Below, piece by piece: positions 1 to 10,507 of a stretch of DNA of 64,000 bases. The DNA lies in NCBI GenBank assembly GCA_034226945.1, contig CP120458.1, positions 1,054,001-1,118,000 of the forward strand, given 5' to 3'. The translations under genes and the position numbers were made by a program. A model generated the notes under the pieces. It was not told where the DNA came from, searched no databases, and saw only the letters and a list, made by a program, of their open reading frames with translations. The stretch is from Picochlorum sp. SENEW3 (taxonomy: Eukaryota). Position 1 is the stretch's first letter, and the number at the start of each line of letters is the position of its first letter.

Positions 1-491
1 CCGCCATTGCCTGCTTCCTCTTGTACAAGGCAACTGTAGAGCCATTGAGGATGCGAGGTGCTGCTTCAGGGGAGGAATCGCTCATGTACTCTGCAGATCA
101 ACTACAGGGGGGAAATTTTGGTAGGATTCCCTCCCCACTGCCAATGCTCATGCCCTTGATAGTTGTGTACATGTATCTCTTGGTCCAATCCTATGAACCA
201 GATATGATTAGCCTGATACTTCCAGGAAGCCTCAAGGATGGATTTTCCAATGGATTCAACCCTCAGTTTTTTCCCAAGATTCAAGGTATTGCAACACTGT
301 TTTCAAGGGTGACCACAACAGCATCGCTATGGGTCCATCTGCTCTGTATCAATATCTTTGCTGCCCACCATTTGATGTGGGAAGGTATATCGCGTGGAAT
401 ACCCACGCACCATACGATACTCGTGTCCATTCTGTGCGGTCCACTTGGACTGGTGAGCCATGGCCTCACAGTCTTGGTGCAGAGACGTTGA
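1..491 (+). CDS. ABA4: ABA4 / DUF4281-like neoxanthin biosynthesis membrane protein (3' part; 5' end outside the window or uncertain)
   Basis: Motifs ASLWVHLLCINIF and ILCGPLGLVSH match the ABA4 family; stop at 489-491; TGTAA at 587-591. Confidence 0.75.
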   Translation, partial: AIACFLLYKATVEPLRMRGAASGEESLMYSADQLQGGNFGRIPSPLPMLMPLIVVYMYLLVQSYEPDMISLILPGSLKDGFSNGFNPQFFPKIQGIATLFSRVTTTASLWVHLLCINIFAAHHLMWEGISRGIPTHHTILVSILCGPLGLVSHGLTVLVQRR

Positions 492-703
492 TCTCTTTTC
501 ATATCGCTCATGTTTTTCACTATGAGATATGATGAATATAGAATGTTTGCCCTAGGGCATACTAGTCATGCTAGTAGAGAGAAAAATGTAAAGAGAATGA
601 TATAATGCTTCTATACAGTGGATCGAGTACCGGCGATGCAGAATGCCTTGATTAGCTATATCAATCTCGGGCAGATATGATGATCAGATATCCAACGCCA
701 GCG

Positions 704-742
704 GATCCAGCTGGATCTGCAGATCTGGCCCATGCATGGGCC
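704..742. repeat. Cluster of overlapping perfect palindromes in the intergenic region upstream of the hexose transporter
   Basis: GATCCAGCTGGATC (704-717), GATCTGCAGATC (714-725) and GGCCCATGCATGGGCC (727-742). Confidence 0.85.
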
Positions 743-1240
743 GCGGAGGACGAATGCCGATGCATCGAGATGATCCCTCGGATTGTAGACATACGATATG
801 CTCCTAGCCATTCAGTTTACTATTAAAATATTTCTTTAATATTTTACATGCACGTGTGTGTCTAATTGCGTACAGGTAGGTGATTTGAGAGTCTCCAACT
901 GCGGTGTCGGAGAAACATCTGGTGGCCTTCCTTCGGGTTGTAGACCTACCATGTGCCATCTCCATCCCCTTGATTTCATCTCTGTAGTACTTTTTACACA
1001 ACTTAAGTTGTTTGGGAGGGATGGGTGACGCAAAGATTTCTCATAGCCCGAGGAGGGATCGCCGGCAATCCACGAGAGCCGCGGGCGCACTATTATTTGA
1101 TGATGATGATGATGACACATGATGATGTTACCAACAGGTTTGGGTCGGGTATGGGGTGAGGTTGTTGTTATTGTGATCGACATGGACTCTAATGCGCGGT
1201 GGTACATGATGGTGTGCAGAGCGAGGTTTTGTCATCCAAC

Positions 1241-3010
1241 ATGACTGGTCCACCAATGGAACCCATTGTGACGCTGTACTCGTCCACCTTGGGCGAGTAT
1301 GAGGCCAAACTGACTGGATATGTAATCTTTGTTGCCTTTCTGGCAGCATCAGGAGGACTGTTGTTTGGATACGATTTGGGAGTCACTGGAGGGGTTGAGA
1401 GTATGCCAAGTTTTCAAGAGAAATTTTTCCCAGATGTATACGAGTCGCAGCAGAATTTTGATGGATCTTCTCCGTACTGCACCTATGATAGTGCGAAGCT
1501 TCAATTTTTCACAAGTGTACTGTTTCTTGCCGGTCTTGTGGCATCTCCTGTGGCTGGATGGGTGACCAAGAGATTTGGTAGATTGCTGTCCATGTTTATA
1601 GCGGCCATCAGTTTCCTGATCGGAGCTGGGCTGAATGCTGGAGCTCAGAACCTTGCCATGCTTTACATTGGGCGCATCATGTTGGGTATCGGCATTGGTT
1701 TTGCCAACTCATCTGTTCCCTTGTATCTTTCAGAGACTGCGCCATTCAAATATCGCGGAGCTCTGAATCAGCTATTTCAAATGTCCACGACCATAGGCAT
1801 CCTGGTTGCCCAACTGATCAACTATGGCGTGAAAGATTGGGCTGAAGGATGGAGGTTGAGTCTTGGTTTGGCAGCCGTTCCAGCGCTCATCCTGCTGACA
1901 GGTTCTATTGTTCTTCCAGAGTCTCCCAACTCTTTGTGTGAGAGACAGCAGGACGCAAAAGCAAAAGAAATTTTGAAGAAACTTCGCGGATCTGATAATG
2001 TGGATGCCGAGATGCGAGACATTATCGAAGCAACAAAATTGTCCCAAAAGGTGACCATGAGGCAGTCATGGAGAATGATGTTGAAGAGAAGATATCTCCC
2101 ACAGTTCATCACGACACTCCTCATTCCATTGTTCCAGCAATTGACTGGTATCAATGCAATCATGTTTTATGTTCCCGTCCTCTTCAAGAGTTTAGGATCA
2201 GGATCAGAGGCTGCATTGCTGAATACAGTGATTGTTGGAGCTGTCAATGTGTTGGCAACTCTTGTTGCCATTTTCACAGTAGATAAACTGGGAAGAAAGT
2301 TCCTCTTTATTGAGGGAGGAGCTCAAATGCTTTCATCCATGATTGTCACCGCTGTGGTGCTTGGCGTCGAATTCAGCAAGTATCCTGACGGGGTGCTGCC
2401 AACAGGGACTGCCATTGGTGTCTTGGTTGTCATTTGCGTCTTTGTAGCTGCCTTTGCATGGTCCTGGGGACCCCTTGGATGGCTCGTTCCCTCAGAAATT
2501 CAGACATTGGAGACAAGGGCAGCTGGTATGAGCGCAGCTGTATGCATCAACTTTTTACTCAGTTTCATTATCGGTCAGACATTTGTGAGCATGCTTTGTG
2601 CCATGGAGTGGGGAGTCTTCCTCTTTTTTGCCGGATGGGTTGCAATTATGACCGTATTTGTCATCTTCTTTGTGCCTGAAACTCGCCATGTACCTGTTGA
2701 ACAGGTGCAGGTCCACTTTGCTAGGCACAAGATTTGGAAGAAGCTCATGGGTCCTGCTGCTGATGAGGTCATTACAGCACATGAAGGAAGGAGAGCTGCT
2801 CGCAAGGCTTATGCTCTTGAGGGAGCAGCTGCTGCGCAACCTGTCAAAAATGAGGAAGAAGCAGCAGAGGAGGATATCCTTGGAGGACGGACATCATCTC
2901 TCTGGAACCAATACTATACAGAGACTGCTGATGAAGTCACCATGACAGAGGTGCAGGAAAAGCAAGAGGAGGAAGCGGGCTCCTCCTCGTCTGAGCCAGC
3001 ATCTTCATAA
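1241..3010 (+). CDS. Hexose/H+ symporter (HUP/STP sugar porter, MFS), intronless
   Basis: Sugar-porter motifs GGLLFGYDLG, PLYLSETAP, PESPNSL, QQLTGINAIMFY, WSWGPLGWLVPSEI and PET; first in-frame ATG at 1241; acidic C-terminal tail; TGTAA at 3153. Confidence 0.95.
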   Translation: MTGPPMEPIVTLYSSTLGEYEAKLTGYVIFVAFLAASGGLLFGYDLGVTGGVESMPSFQEKFFPDVYESQQNFDGSSPYCTYDSAKLQFFTSVLFLAGLVASPVAGWVTKRFGRLLSMFIAAISFLIGAGLNAGAQNLAMLYIGRIMLGIGIGFANSSVPLYLSETAPFKYRGALNQLFQMSTTIGILVAQLINYGVKDWAEGWRLSLGLAAVPALILLTGSIVLPESPNSLCERQQDAKAKEILKKLRGSDNVDAEMRDIIEATKLSQKVTMRQSWRMMLKRRYLPQFITTLLIPLFQQLTGINAIMFYVPVLFKSLGSGSEAALLNTVIVGAVNVLATLVAIFTVDKLGRKFLFIEGGAQMLSSMIVTAVVLGVEFSKYPDGVLPTGTAIGVLVVICVFVAAFAWSWGPLGWLVPSEIQTLETRAAGMSAAVCINFLLSFIIGQTFVSMLCAMEWGVFLFFAGWVAIMTVFVIFFVPETRHVPVEQVQVHFARHKIWKKLMGPAADEVITAHEGRRAARKAYALEGAAAAQPVKNEEEAAEEDILGGRTSSLWNQYYTETADEVTMTEVQEKQEEEAGSSSSEPASS

Positions 3011-3409
3011 ACTCAACTCACGTCAACTGTCTTTACTTTTCCTTTTACAGCTCTTTCTTCATTCCTGCAGAGAGCACAATTTTCATGCAGAACAGAAGGA
3101 TGAGCTGCTTGTTTTTTTAAAGATACAATGTCAATTTTCAATAGAATTCCTTTGTAATCTCATCGCACCCAATGAATGGCCATTGCTTCAGCTCAAGCAA
3201 CTACTTATACGAGGAATCCATGATCCTGATGGCACAAGATCGTGACTCTATATCTATACAGGGCATGCATGCCGGCATGATCATGATGTGTGTGATGAGA
3301 TCACTCCTGCTGAAAAAAAAAAAAGCATCGCATGCACAGATCCAGATCAATAGCATCGGACCACCCATTAAGTCATTTATATTACTACATTGTTGCGTTT
3401 TCAGGCACC

Positions 3410-4657
3410 ATGAACTTATCTTCACGCACAGGGCAGGTCCTAGGACCACAACGTACAAGTAGAAGCCTGGTTGGAATACGAACCACACACGCACGTCAAC
3501 CTCACCACCAAGGCCGCTGGAGGGGGTCTTCTATTGCAAAACTCTACTCCATTCATAGGCATGTGTGTTGTGCGGCAGAGAAGGAAGGGAATAGGGACAT
3601 AGAGAGTAGAAGAGCTGGGCGAGCCACGTATCGACCTTCAACGTTTACTGAATTGATCGATGATGCGGTCGGATCGATTGTATATGGTATACAAGATGGA
3701 TTAAATCGTGTTGAAGTCGAGTTTCCTGCAGTGAGTGACGTGGATGGATACAAGGGGTCGTCAGATTTGTACATTGACACCAATATCCAGCTGGCTATTG
3801 CTGCTGCGAGAAAGATATTCTCTACAACGGCAATGAAGGTGCATCTTTTGGTTCCAGACGAGCCAGAGTATAGGAGAGCTTACAAATTGTGCGTGCATTA
3901 GATGATTTTGCTTGTACATCTGGGGGCAACCTGGTGTCGTTGCAAGGATTGATCCATTTGTCGTGTTTTCAGGTTCAAACAAGCTTTAGAGACATCAGAA
4001 GGCGTAACATTAGGACATTGTATGGAAGGAAAGAGCACGTACAAGTATGTGGATGCGAACATCCAAAACTTTGTATCCTCTCTGACATCAAAGTTCTCAA
4101 TGGGTGAATCCTACCCGGATCCATGTGAAAAAGCTGGAGACGCGGATATGTACATTGCTGTCAACTGTAGTACTATAGAGTTGGCAGATTTAGAGGATTA
4201 TGCGAGCGAGAAGGTAAAGGAGAAACCTTTAGTTACCTGGAATATGGAACTGGACAACCTTCGGGCTGACCTGGGACTCTTGGGCTTTCCTCCAAAGGAT
4301 TTGCAGTACAGATTTCTCTCGAAATTTAAATCCGTCTTTTACATTAGGCAGAGAGATTACTCAAAAACGGTTGCAGTTGCTCCATTCATCATCAACTACT
4401 CTGGAGCGCTCTTCAGGGAGTACCCGGGGCCCTGGCAGGTTATGCTTCGGCAGGATAATGGTGTTTATGCGTGCGTCGCAGAAGAAACTGAGAGGAGATA
4501 TCCACTTGGAGAGTTCAAGGCCGAGCTGACCAAAGCCATGGGATTGGATGTGGAGCCTGAGGGATCCACTGCAGCATTCTTGAGGACAGGATACAAGACC
4601 ACCACCTGGTGGGAGGATGATATTGACCGTGAAGAGTCAAATAGCTGGAGAACATAG
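3410..4657 (+). CDS. LPA3: LOW PSII ACCUMULATION 3-like protein (DUF1995), plastid; intron 3889-3972
   Basis: Motifs [32 protein letters not shown] and [17 protein letters not shown]; the GTGCGT...TTTCAG intron joins two ORFs in frame (YKL|FKQALE). Confidence 0.88.
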
Positions 4658-4717
4658 TATATTATTTTTAACTTAATAGTAGTAATAAAGGTTGAGTTGT
4701 CTGTGTATAACACGCGA

Positions 4718-7471
4718 TTAGAACCTCTTCCACCCATCATCTCCACGTGGGATGATTTCTGGCACTGACTTCTTGAGCCTGTACCAGACCACAGGGTCCA
4801 CGCCCAGGGCAATCATAACACCAAATTGCTGGCACCTCTCTGGCATAGCCCAGATAAATGCACGGATGTATGTGACACGCTGAGCATGCATGGGCAGGTT
4901 CTGCACCACAGCCGGGAGAGCCTCCCACCAGCCTGCTGGAGGTGCATCATCCCAACAGTCGTTCATAATCTTCTTTTGAACAGGACCAGAGACGTATCGG
5001 CGCACCACAGGCTTGATATTATCTTCGACATAGTCGTAATTCTCAAATGCTTGCTTCACAAATGATGTGATTGCATCATGCAATGCTGATGTTGCTCCAC
5101 TCTGAATCATATCTGTAATCCTATTTTGCTCCTCAATCATTGCGTCATTCATTTTCAACGCCATATTAGGGTGACCAGGGAAGAATGTGGCAATTTGAGG
5201 GAAGCATGTATCTCTCTTCAGGCCCGAGTAGAAGTCATTCACAGATGCAAATGTTGACCACTGAGATTTCAGGGCAGACAAGAGCCTTGTATTGTTTGGA
5301 CTCGATGCTAAATTCTCTGAGGTCGTGTGGATTTTCTCCAACATGGCACGAAGAGCTTCCTGTGCCAGTGGAAGCTGACTCATTGGCCCCCACTTGTGCT
5401 CTGGAATAAACACCTTGAGACGAGCAATTCCAGCATATGTTCTCAATGTGAGCACCACAGTGGAGAGCGTTGCGAGTGCAATCAAACACGTCGCAAGAAC
5501 CTTTGTCAATGCTGTTTGCACCGTCATATCATACAGAACGGCTGCCCATGCAAGAGCAGCGAGGGGGAACCCAAGGGCCCACATCTGCATGAAGAATTTC
5601 TCACTCCACAAAAAGTGACGCCATGCCATCCATGCCATGATGAGACCCATTGATATCGCACTATAGAATAGAGCCTGAGATATTGCATCCATGAAAAAGC
5701 CTCCTTGCAATTGAGCCCAGGCAATAGATGCAACAGCAGGTGGTGCAATCCATATGACAGCAAACATCCTCATACGAGGATCTGCATTGTGTCCGAGAGC
5801 AAATCTTGGGAATAATGCAGCGAAAAGGACAACCCACATGATGGTGGCAAATCCGAAGAAAAGGTAGCAAACTTGTCTGTAAGATTCGTCAATAATTGGT
5901 CCCAAAACTGCATAGATGTACAGGCCAACAGGCGCCATCAACCAAGCACCATTCATATGACCATCGTGGCGCAGCGTCGACAACCAATTACCCACAATGA
6001 TCACTGCAATCAGGGTTCCAGTCGAGCTTCCAATCCAGAAGAGAACACGGGCCAAAGGTGTCGAGTATGTATTCCATGCAAGGAAGGCATAAACCCCAAA
6101 GGACATGGAAGGAACTGAGAAAGCATTATTCATGGCTGGATGCATCCATTCTGAACGCACTTTGCGTGGATAATAAATCATCTTCAAAACAAATGGACCA
6201 GTCATGATGACGGTATGGATGAGCGACAAGAGTGTGATAATTTGCCAGACAAGGTTTGGTGCAAGATACCGTGGCGACAGCGACATGAACTTGTACAGTG
6301 CCGCGAGGGCGACAACACCAATCACAGAGGACTGGAACCCGATTTTAGAGTGCTTGATGATGGCAAAATCTTCGCGCTCCCAATCATCAGTCTTCCCTGT
6401 CTTGTAATGCAGATCAATCTTTGTGCTTCTTGTGTGATTTTCAAATTCATATGTAACCCTCTTGGGCACCTCTGGATTCACAACCTTGGTCCACTCGTTC
6501 CAAGTATACTTTGTTTCTGGCAGTGAATTGATGTGCACCATGTAAATTGTGTCCGGAATGATTTTGAACCTGATGGCATATCCAAACACCCAGCATCCAG
6601 CACAGAAGTTGAGGAAACTCTCCAGCCAGGCAAAGAAAGCGAGAATCGCCGCAAACACTGTCGACGCCTCCCACTGCTTTGTAAATTGCAAAATCATAAT
6701 GATTGCTGAAAACAGCACACCAACGCACACAGCAAATTGCTTTGGAGGACCAGCTCCCCATACTGGCCCAGTGCTCCTTCCAAACACTGCTGGACCTACA
6801 AGGTCCCAGACAGCCACAACAAACATAGCAAGCGATCCAACAGGAGAGATCCCTGCACCCCCATACAAACGCAAGCAGAAATCTGTCAAAAGACCCACAG
6901 AAAGCCACTTCACAGACCTCTTCTCCTGATAGGACAAGGCAGCAATGATGACACAGATCACAAACACGAAGAAACCTGTCCATCGAATCACCCGCCCATC
7001 CACAGTATTCGGGAACTCGAACAACGCCCCAATCACATGGGGTGCCTCCTTGTCCACCCCTACCAACGGCACCTGGGCCTCCTTGGCATCACCCTCCTCC
7101 ACATCTCCACTCCCAACAAGCTTGTCAAACTCCCCACTGGCAATGATCGCCTTGGTCTCATTACACCCTCCAACCAGATTACCATTGATGAAGACCATCG
7201 GAACAGTCTTCTGCTGAGCATACTCCCTGAGCTCCTCCAATACCGTAGATCCTGGAATATCCCCACCCATCTTGTCCATCTTGTAGTACCGAAAGTGAAC
7301 TCCCATGCTCATCATGGTTCTGGTCACTTCAATACAAAAAGGACATGTAGATCGACCAAAAACAACAACAGTGTCGGCATTGACTGCCGTCTCAATCTTA
7401 TCCCGCACAGTCTCCCCATCGATACTTGCGAAATCTTCAACATCGATCCCAATCTTCACAGGATCAGCCAT
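4718..7471 (-). CDS. Multidomain fusion: glutaredoxin (CPFC) + DUF4395-like + SLAC1/TehA (TDT) channel + degenerate hemerythrin-like domain
   Basis: One uninterrupted ORF of about 917 aa from the probable ATG at 7471. Grx: CPFC...TVPMVFINGNLVGG. DUF4395-like: FPNTVD...GPPKQFA...LESFLNFCAGC. TDT channel: YPRKVRSEWMHP, WLMAPVG, IAPPAV, WALGFP. Helical C-terminus. Confidence 0.85.
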   Translation of the reverse strand: MADPVKIGIDVEDFASIDGETVRDKIETAVNADTVVVFGRSTCPFCIEVTRTMMSMGVHFRYYKMDKMGGDIPGSTVLEELREYAQQKTVPMVFINGNLVGGCNETKAIIASGEFDKLVGSGDVEEGDAKEAQVPLVGVDKEAPHVIGALFEFPNTVDGRVIRWTGFFVFVICVIIAALSYQEKRSVKWLSVGLLTDFCLRLYGGAGISPVGSLAMFVVAVWDLVGPAVFGRSTGPVWGAGPPKQFAVCVGVLFSAIIMILQFTKQWEASTVFAAILAFFAWLESFLNFCAGCWVFGYAIRFKIIPDTIYMVHINSLPETKYTWNEWTKVVNPEVPKRVTYEFENHTRSTKIDLHYKTGKTDDWEREDFAIIKHSKIGFQSSVIGVVALAALYKFMSLSPRYLAPNLVWQIITLLSLIHTVIMTGPFVLKMIYYPRKVRSEWMHPAMNNAFSVPSMSFGVYAFLAWNTYSTPLARVLFWIGSSTGTLIAVIIVGNWLSTLRHDGHMNGAWLMAPVGLYIYAVLGPIIDESYRQVCYLFFGFATIMWVVLFAALFPRFALGHNADPRMRMFAVIWIAPPAVASIAWAQLQGGFFMDAISQALFYSAISMGLIMAWMAWRHFLWSEKFFMQMWALGFPLAALAWAAVLYDMTVQTALTKVLATCLIALATLSTVVLTLRTYAGIARLKVFIPEHKWGPMSQLPLAQEALRAMLEKIHTTSENLASSPNNTRLLSALKSQWSTFASVNDFYSGLKRDTCFPQIATFFPGHPNMALKMNDAMIEEQNRITDMIQSGATSALHDAITSFVKQAFENYDYVEDNIKPVVRRYVSGPVQKKIMNDCWDDAPPAGWWEALPAVVQNLPMHAQRVTYIRAFIWAMPERCQQFGVMIALGVDPVVWYRLKKSVPEIIPRGDDGWKRF

Positions 7472-7678
7472 GATGTTGGTTATACCCTCGTACGTCGCAG
7501 TATAAACGTATAACCCTAGGGGAAATGCATGCAGAGTTTTTATTATGCCCTGTTTTGTCCAAGGGATCAGACAAGATGTCGAGGCAACTGATTCCATACA
7601 CGTCATTCATGACGAGAGTTTAAACTCGGTTTTTAATTTCTATTTAAGGATTTTATTCGTTACACACAATAGTGTAGT

Positions 7679-8563
7679 CTACAATGCCTCCCATATGAAT
7701 GGTATGCCATCATCTCTCCATTCCACTCTATCCTCACAGATGGCTGCAATACACCTAGGGTATAAGATATGTTCCTGTTTCAACACTCGAGACGCCAGCG
7801 TCTCTGCTGTATCCGTTGGATACACGGGAACAACTGCCTGGGAGAGGATGGGTCCTGTGTCATATTCCTCATCAATAAAGTGCACAGTGGGCCCCGAGAA
7901 CCGAGCTCCCGATCTAATAACCGCCTCGTGCACTCGAGACCCATAAAACCCTTTACCTCCAAATGATGGGAGGAGTCCTGGGTGTATGTTGACAATGGCC
8001 TTTGGAAATGTATCCACCACAGTCCCCGGGATGAGTTTCATGTATCCCGCGAGGATGATGAGGTTGACATTGAATTTCTCTTTCAGTTGATCTATTGCCA
8101 GCTCTTCTGCAGTCGAGACTGACTCTGAGGTAGAAGAAGAAGAAGACTGAGATTTTCGGGGTGGGTACACCAGCACTGGGATACCGTGCTGTCTCGCATA
8201 TTCTGCCCCCCCACAACTCGGTGCATTCGTAACAACTACAACTACCTCTCCTCCTCGAATCTCACCCTGACGAATGGCATGGTGAATGGCTTTAAAGTTG
8301 GAACCACCTCCTGACACAAACACTGCCAACCGCTTCTTGCCATCATCTTTTCTTTCTGCTCTCCCTCGTTGACCACTGCTAGTACTAGTAGTAGATGATG
8401 AGGATGCTACTGCTATCAACGATGCTCTATGGATGCATCGTTCCATTCTAGTGCATGGCAACCATGCATGTCGTCGTATGCCATTGCTACCAATCCTCCG
8501 AGGTCCTGCCACCTGATGGCTTGTTTTCTCCACAGATCTCGGTCGATGGAGTTTTAGTGACAT
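7679..8563 (-). CDS. purN: Phosphoribosylglycinamide formyltransferase with organellar transit peptide
   Basis: Motifs LAVFVSGGGSNF, LAGYMK, NIHPGLLPSFGG, SGPTVHF and YDTGPI. Confidence 0.96.
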   Translation of the reverse strand: MSLKLHRPRSVEKTSHQVAGPRRIGSNGIRRHAWLPCTRMERCIHRASLIAVASSSSTTSTSSGQRGRAERKDDGKKRLAVFVSGGGSNFKAIHHAIRQGEIRGGEVVVVVTNAPSCGGAEYARQHGIPVLVYPPRKSQSSSSSTSESVSTAEELAIDQLKEKFNVNLIILAGYMKLIPGTVVDTFPKAIVNIHPGLLPSFGGKGFYGSRVHEAVIRSGARFSGPTVHFIDEEYDTGPILSQAVVPVYPTDTAETLASRVLKQEHILYPRCIAAICEDRVEWRDDGIPFIWEAL

Positions 8564-8755
8564 CTTTATCTATAGTACAATCGTTGTGGCACCCAATCAT
8601 GGGCTTTTGAGTTGAGAGATGCTGTCCAGTCCAGACATCGGGTCTCCATCCATGGCATGGTGTCCAAATGCCTGAGAATGTCCCTCATACTTGAATGATC
8701 TGATGCTGTTACATTGATCAAAGTACACAAAATACATTATGTGTACAATGTGCGG

Positions 8756-10501
8756 ATGAAATATGCGATGCACATTGTCCAGCAGCACCGAGGAGGGCAC
8801 CCTTGTGGGTTGTCGTATTGTCAACCTCATAGAATTCTTGGCAGCCCACTTCGAGTGTGTGGGACAAACAAGAGAGCCATAGATTGTTTCAGAAATAAAA
8901 GAGGGATTGTGTGCTTCTCTGTCGGCAGAGAAGAAGACGAGACACGTGACTATGAGAGGCAAGAGGGAGGACAAGGGACTGGTACAAAAAAATCGTTTCA
9001 GGAGACTGAGTTTGCACTGGTATTGGCAGCTTGCTCCATTGGTTTACTGACAGGATTGGGTGTTGTATTGTTCAACGATGCGGTTGGAAGTATTCGTCAT
9101 GTTGTCTGGGGGGATGTGTCTGGTGTGACTGGGAGAGAGTTGCTGGCGGTAGAGGGACATGAGTGGGCTCTGAGATTGGCGCTGCCTCCTGTGATGGCAG
9201 GGGGGGTGGTCGGATTGATAACGCTCGCTTCATCTCCTCGGGCTTTGTCCGTCAAGTCCAAGGGCAAGGCATCATGGTTTGAGAGGCTTTCTCGTGTTGG
9301 CAGTTCCATAGTGACATTGGGTGGCGGGGCATCACTTGGGCCCGAGGGTCCCTCGGTGGAAATTGGTAGGGATGTTGCAGAGTACTTTGTGGATACATTG
9401 AAGAGCGGCAAGAAACATGTGGCATCTTTTGTTGCTGCTGGGTCTGGGGCAGGTGTTGCCGCTGGATTTAATGCACCAATCTCTGGTGTATTTTTTGCTG
9501 TTGAGACTGTACTTCAGCGGGAAGAGTATTTGATAGGAAGGACGAAAGTGTTACAGGAGAAGGAGTCGTCAGGGTTGACGATTGCCATGGTCTTGCTTGC
9601 AGCTGTCCTTGCAGCTGTAGTCTCTCAGGCAGGTTTGGGTAGTTCTCCTGCATTCAAAGTTCCTGATTACTCTCTGGAGAGTTTTGGGGAGCTACCACTG
9701 TATTTTTTGTTTGGGAGTGTATGCGGTATCGTGTCATCTGTATTTTTGTATAGCATTCGTGTCGCTAGGGATACAATTCAAATATGGAGGCCGAAAATAG
9801 CAAATGAGGCAGTAGCAACGATAGCATTGCCTCTGTTTGGTGGCCTAACGACAGGAATCATTGCGCTGTGGTATCCAGAGATACTATACCAGGGTTTCGA
9901 TAATGTGAACTCTGTCTTGCGATCCAGTGGAGACTATGATGCATCTATTCTCATGCAGATTGTTGTCCTGAAAATTATTGCAACCAGTGTTTGTAGAGGC
10001 AGTGGACTCAAAGGGGGCCTGTACGCCCCAAGCATTTTCATCGGAGCTTCCCTAGGATCTGCATATGGACTGATATGTCATCAATTGGCAGATGCTTTCG
10101 GTATTGCTGTCTCACCGCCTCAAGCATATGCATTGGTTGGGGTTGGAGCGATATTGGCATCTGCATGCAATGTTCCCCTGACCTCAATTCTCCTCTTATT
10201 TGAACTCACTAGAGATTACTTGATCATCCTTCCAGCGTTGGCTGCGGTAGGTATTAGCTACTGGGTGAGCTCGAATTGGGATCTGCAAGGGGTGAAGCAT
10301 CAGTCTAATCCTGCCACCATGGATCCAGATGTGTCGGATGCATCAGGTCGTCATGTGGATGGTGAGGATTTGGTGATCCATGTTGACGATGGATTGACAA
10401 TCTCGCAAATACTGGCGCTTTGTGAAGCACAGAATAAACGTAATGTCGTAGTTTTGAACGAGGAAAACAATGTTTCTGCTACAATTCATAAAACAGAATG
10501 A
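8756..10501 (+). CDS. CLC chloride channel/transporter, plant CLC-e/f (prokaryote-like) group, probable transit peptide
   Basis: Motifs SLGPEGPSVEIG, AGFNAPISGVFFAVE, GGLYAPSIFIGA and VPLTSILLLFELTRDY. Start codon uncertain (8756 or 8768). Confidence 0.92.
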   Translation: MKYAMHIVQQHRGGHPCGLSYCQPHRILGSPLRVCGTNKRAIDCFRNKRGIVCFSVGREEDETRDYERQEGGQGTGTKKSFQETEFALVLAACSIGLLTGLGVVLFNDAVGSIRHVVWGDVSGVTGRELLAVEGHEWALRLALPPVMAGGVVGLITLASSPRALSVKSKGKASWFERLSRVGSSIVTLGGGASLGPEGPSVEIGRDVAEYFVDTLKSGKKHVASFVAAGSGAGVAAGFNAPISGVFFAVETVLQREEYLIGRTKVLQEKESSGLTIAMVLLAAVLAAVVSQAGLGSSPAFKVPDYSLESFGELPLYFLFGSVCGIVSSVFLYSIRVARDTIQIWRPKIANEAVATIALPLFGGLTTGIIALWYPEILYQGFDNVNSVLRSSGDYDASILMQIVVLKIIATSVCRGSGLKGGLYAPSIFIGASLGSAYGLICHQLADAFGIAVSPPQAYALVGVGAILASACNVPLTSILLLFELTRDYLIILPALAAVGISYWVSSNWDLQGVKHQSNPATMDPDVSDASGRHVDGEDLVIHVDDGLTISQILALCEAQNKRNVVVLNEENNVSATIHKTE

Positions 10502-10507
10502 TAGTAA

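Noticed and set aside
1098..1127. (TGA)n run resembling snoRNA C boxes or a His-rich ORF on the minus strand
   Set aside because: A simple microsatellite upstream of the transporter; no matching D box or terminal stem.
7472..7606. 45-aa N-terminal extension of the fusion ORF shown in the ORF track
   Set aside because: It runs to within about 70 bp of the purN stop and looks like UTR; the ATG at 7471 is the more plausible start, though this is not proven.
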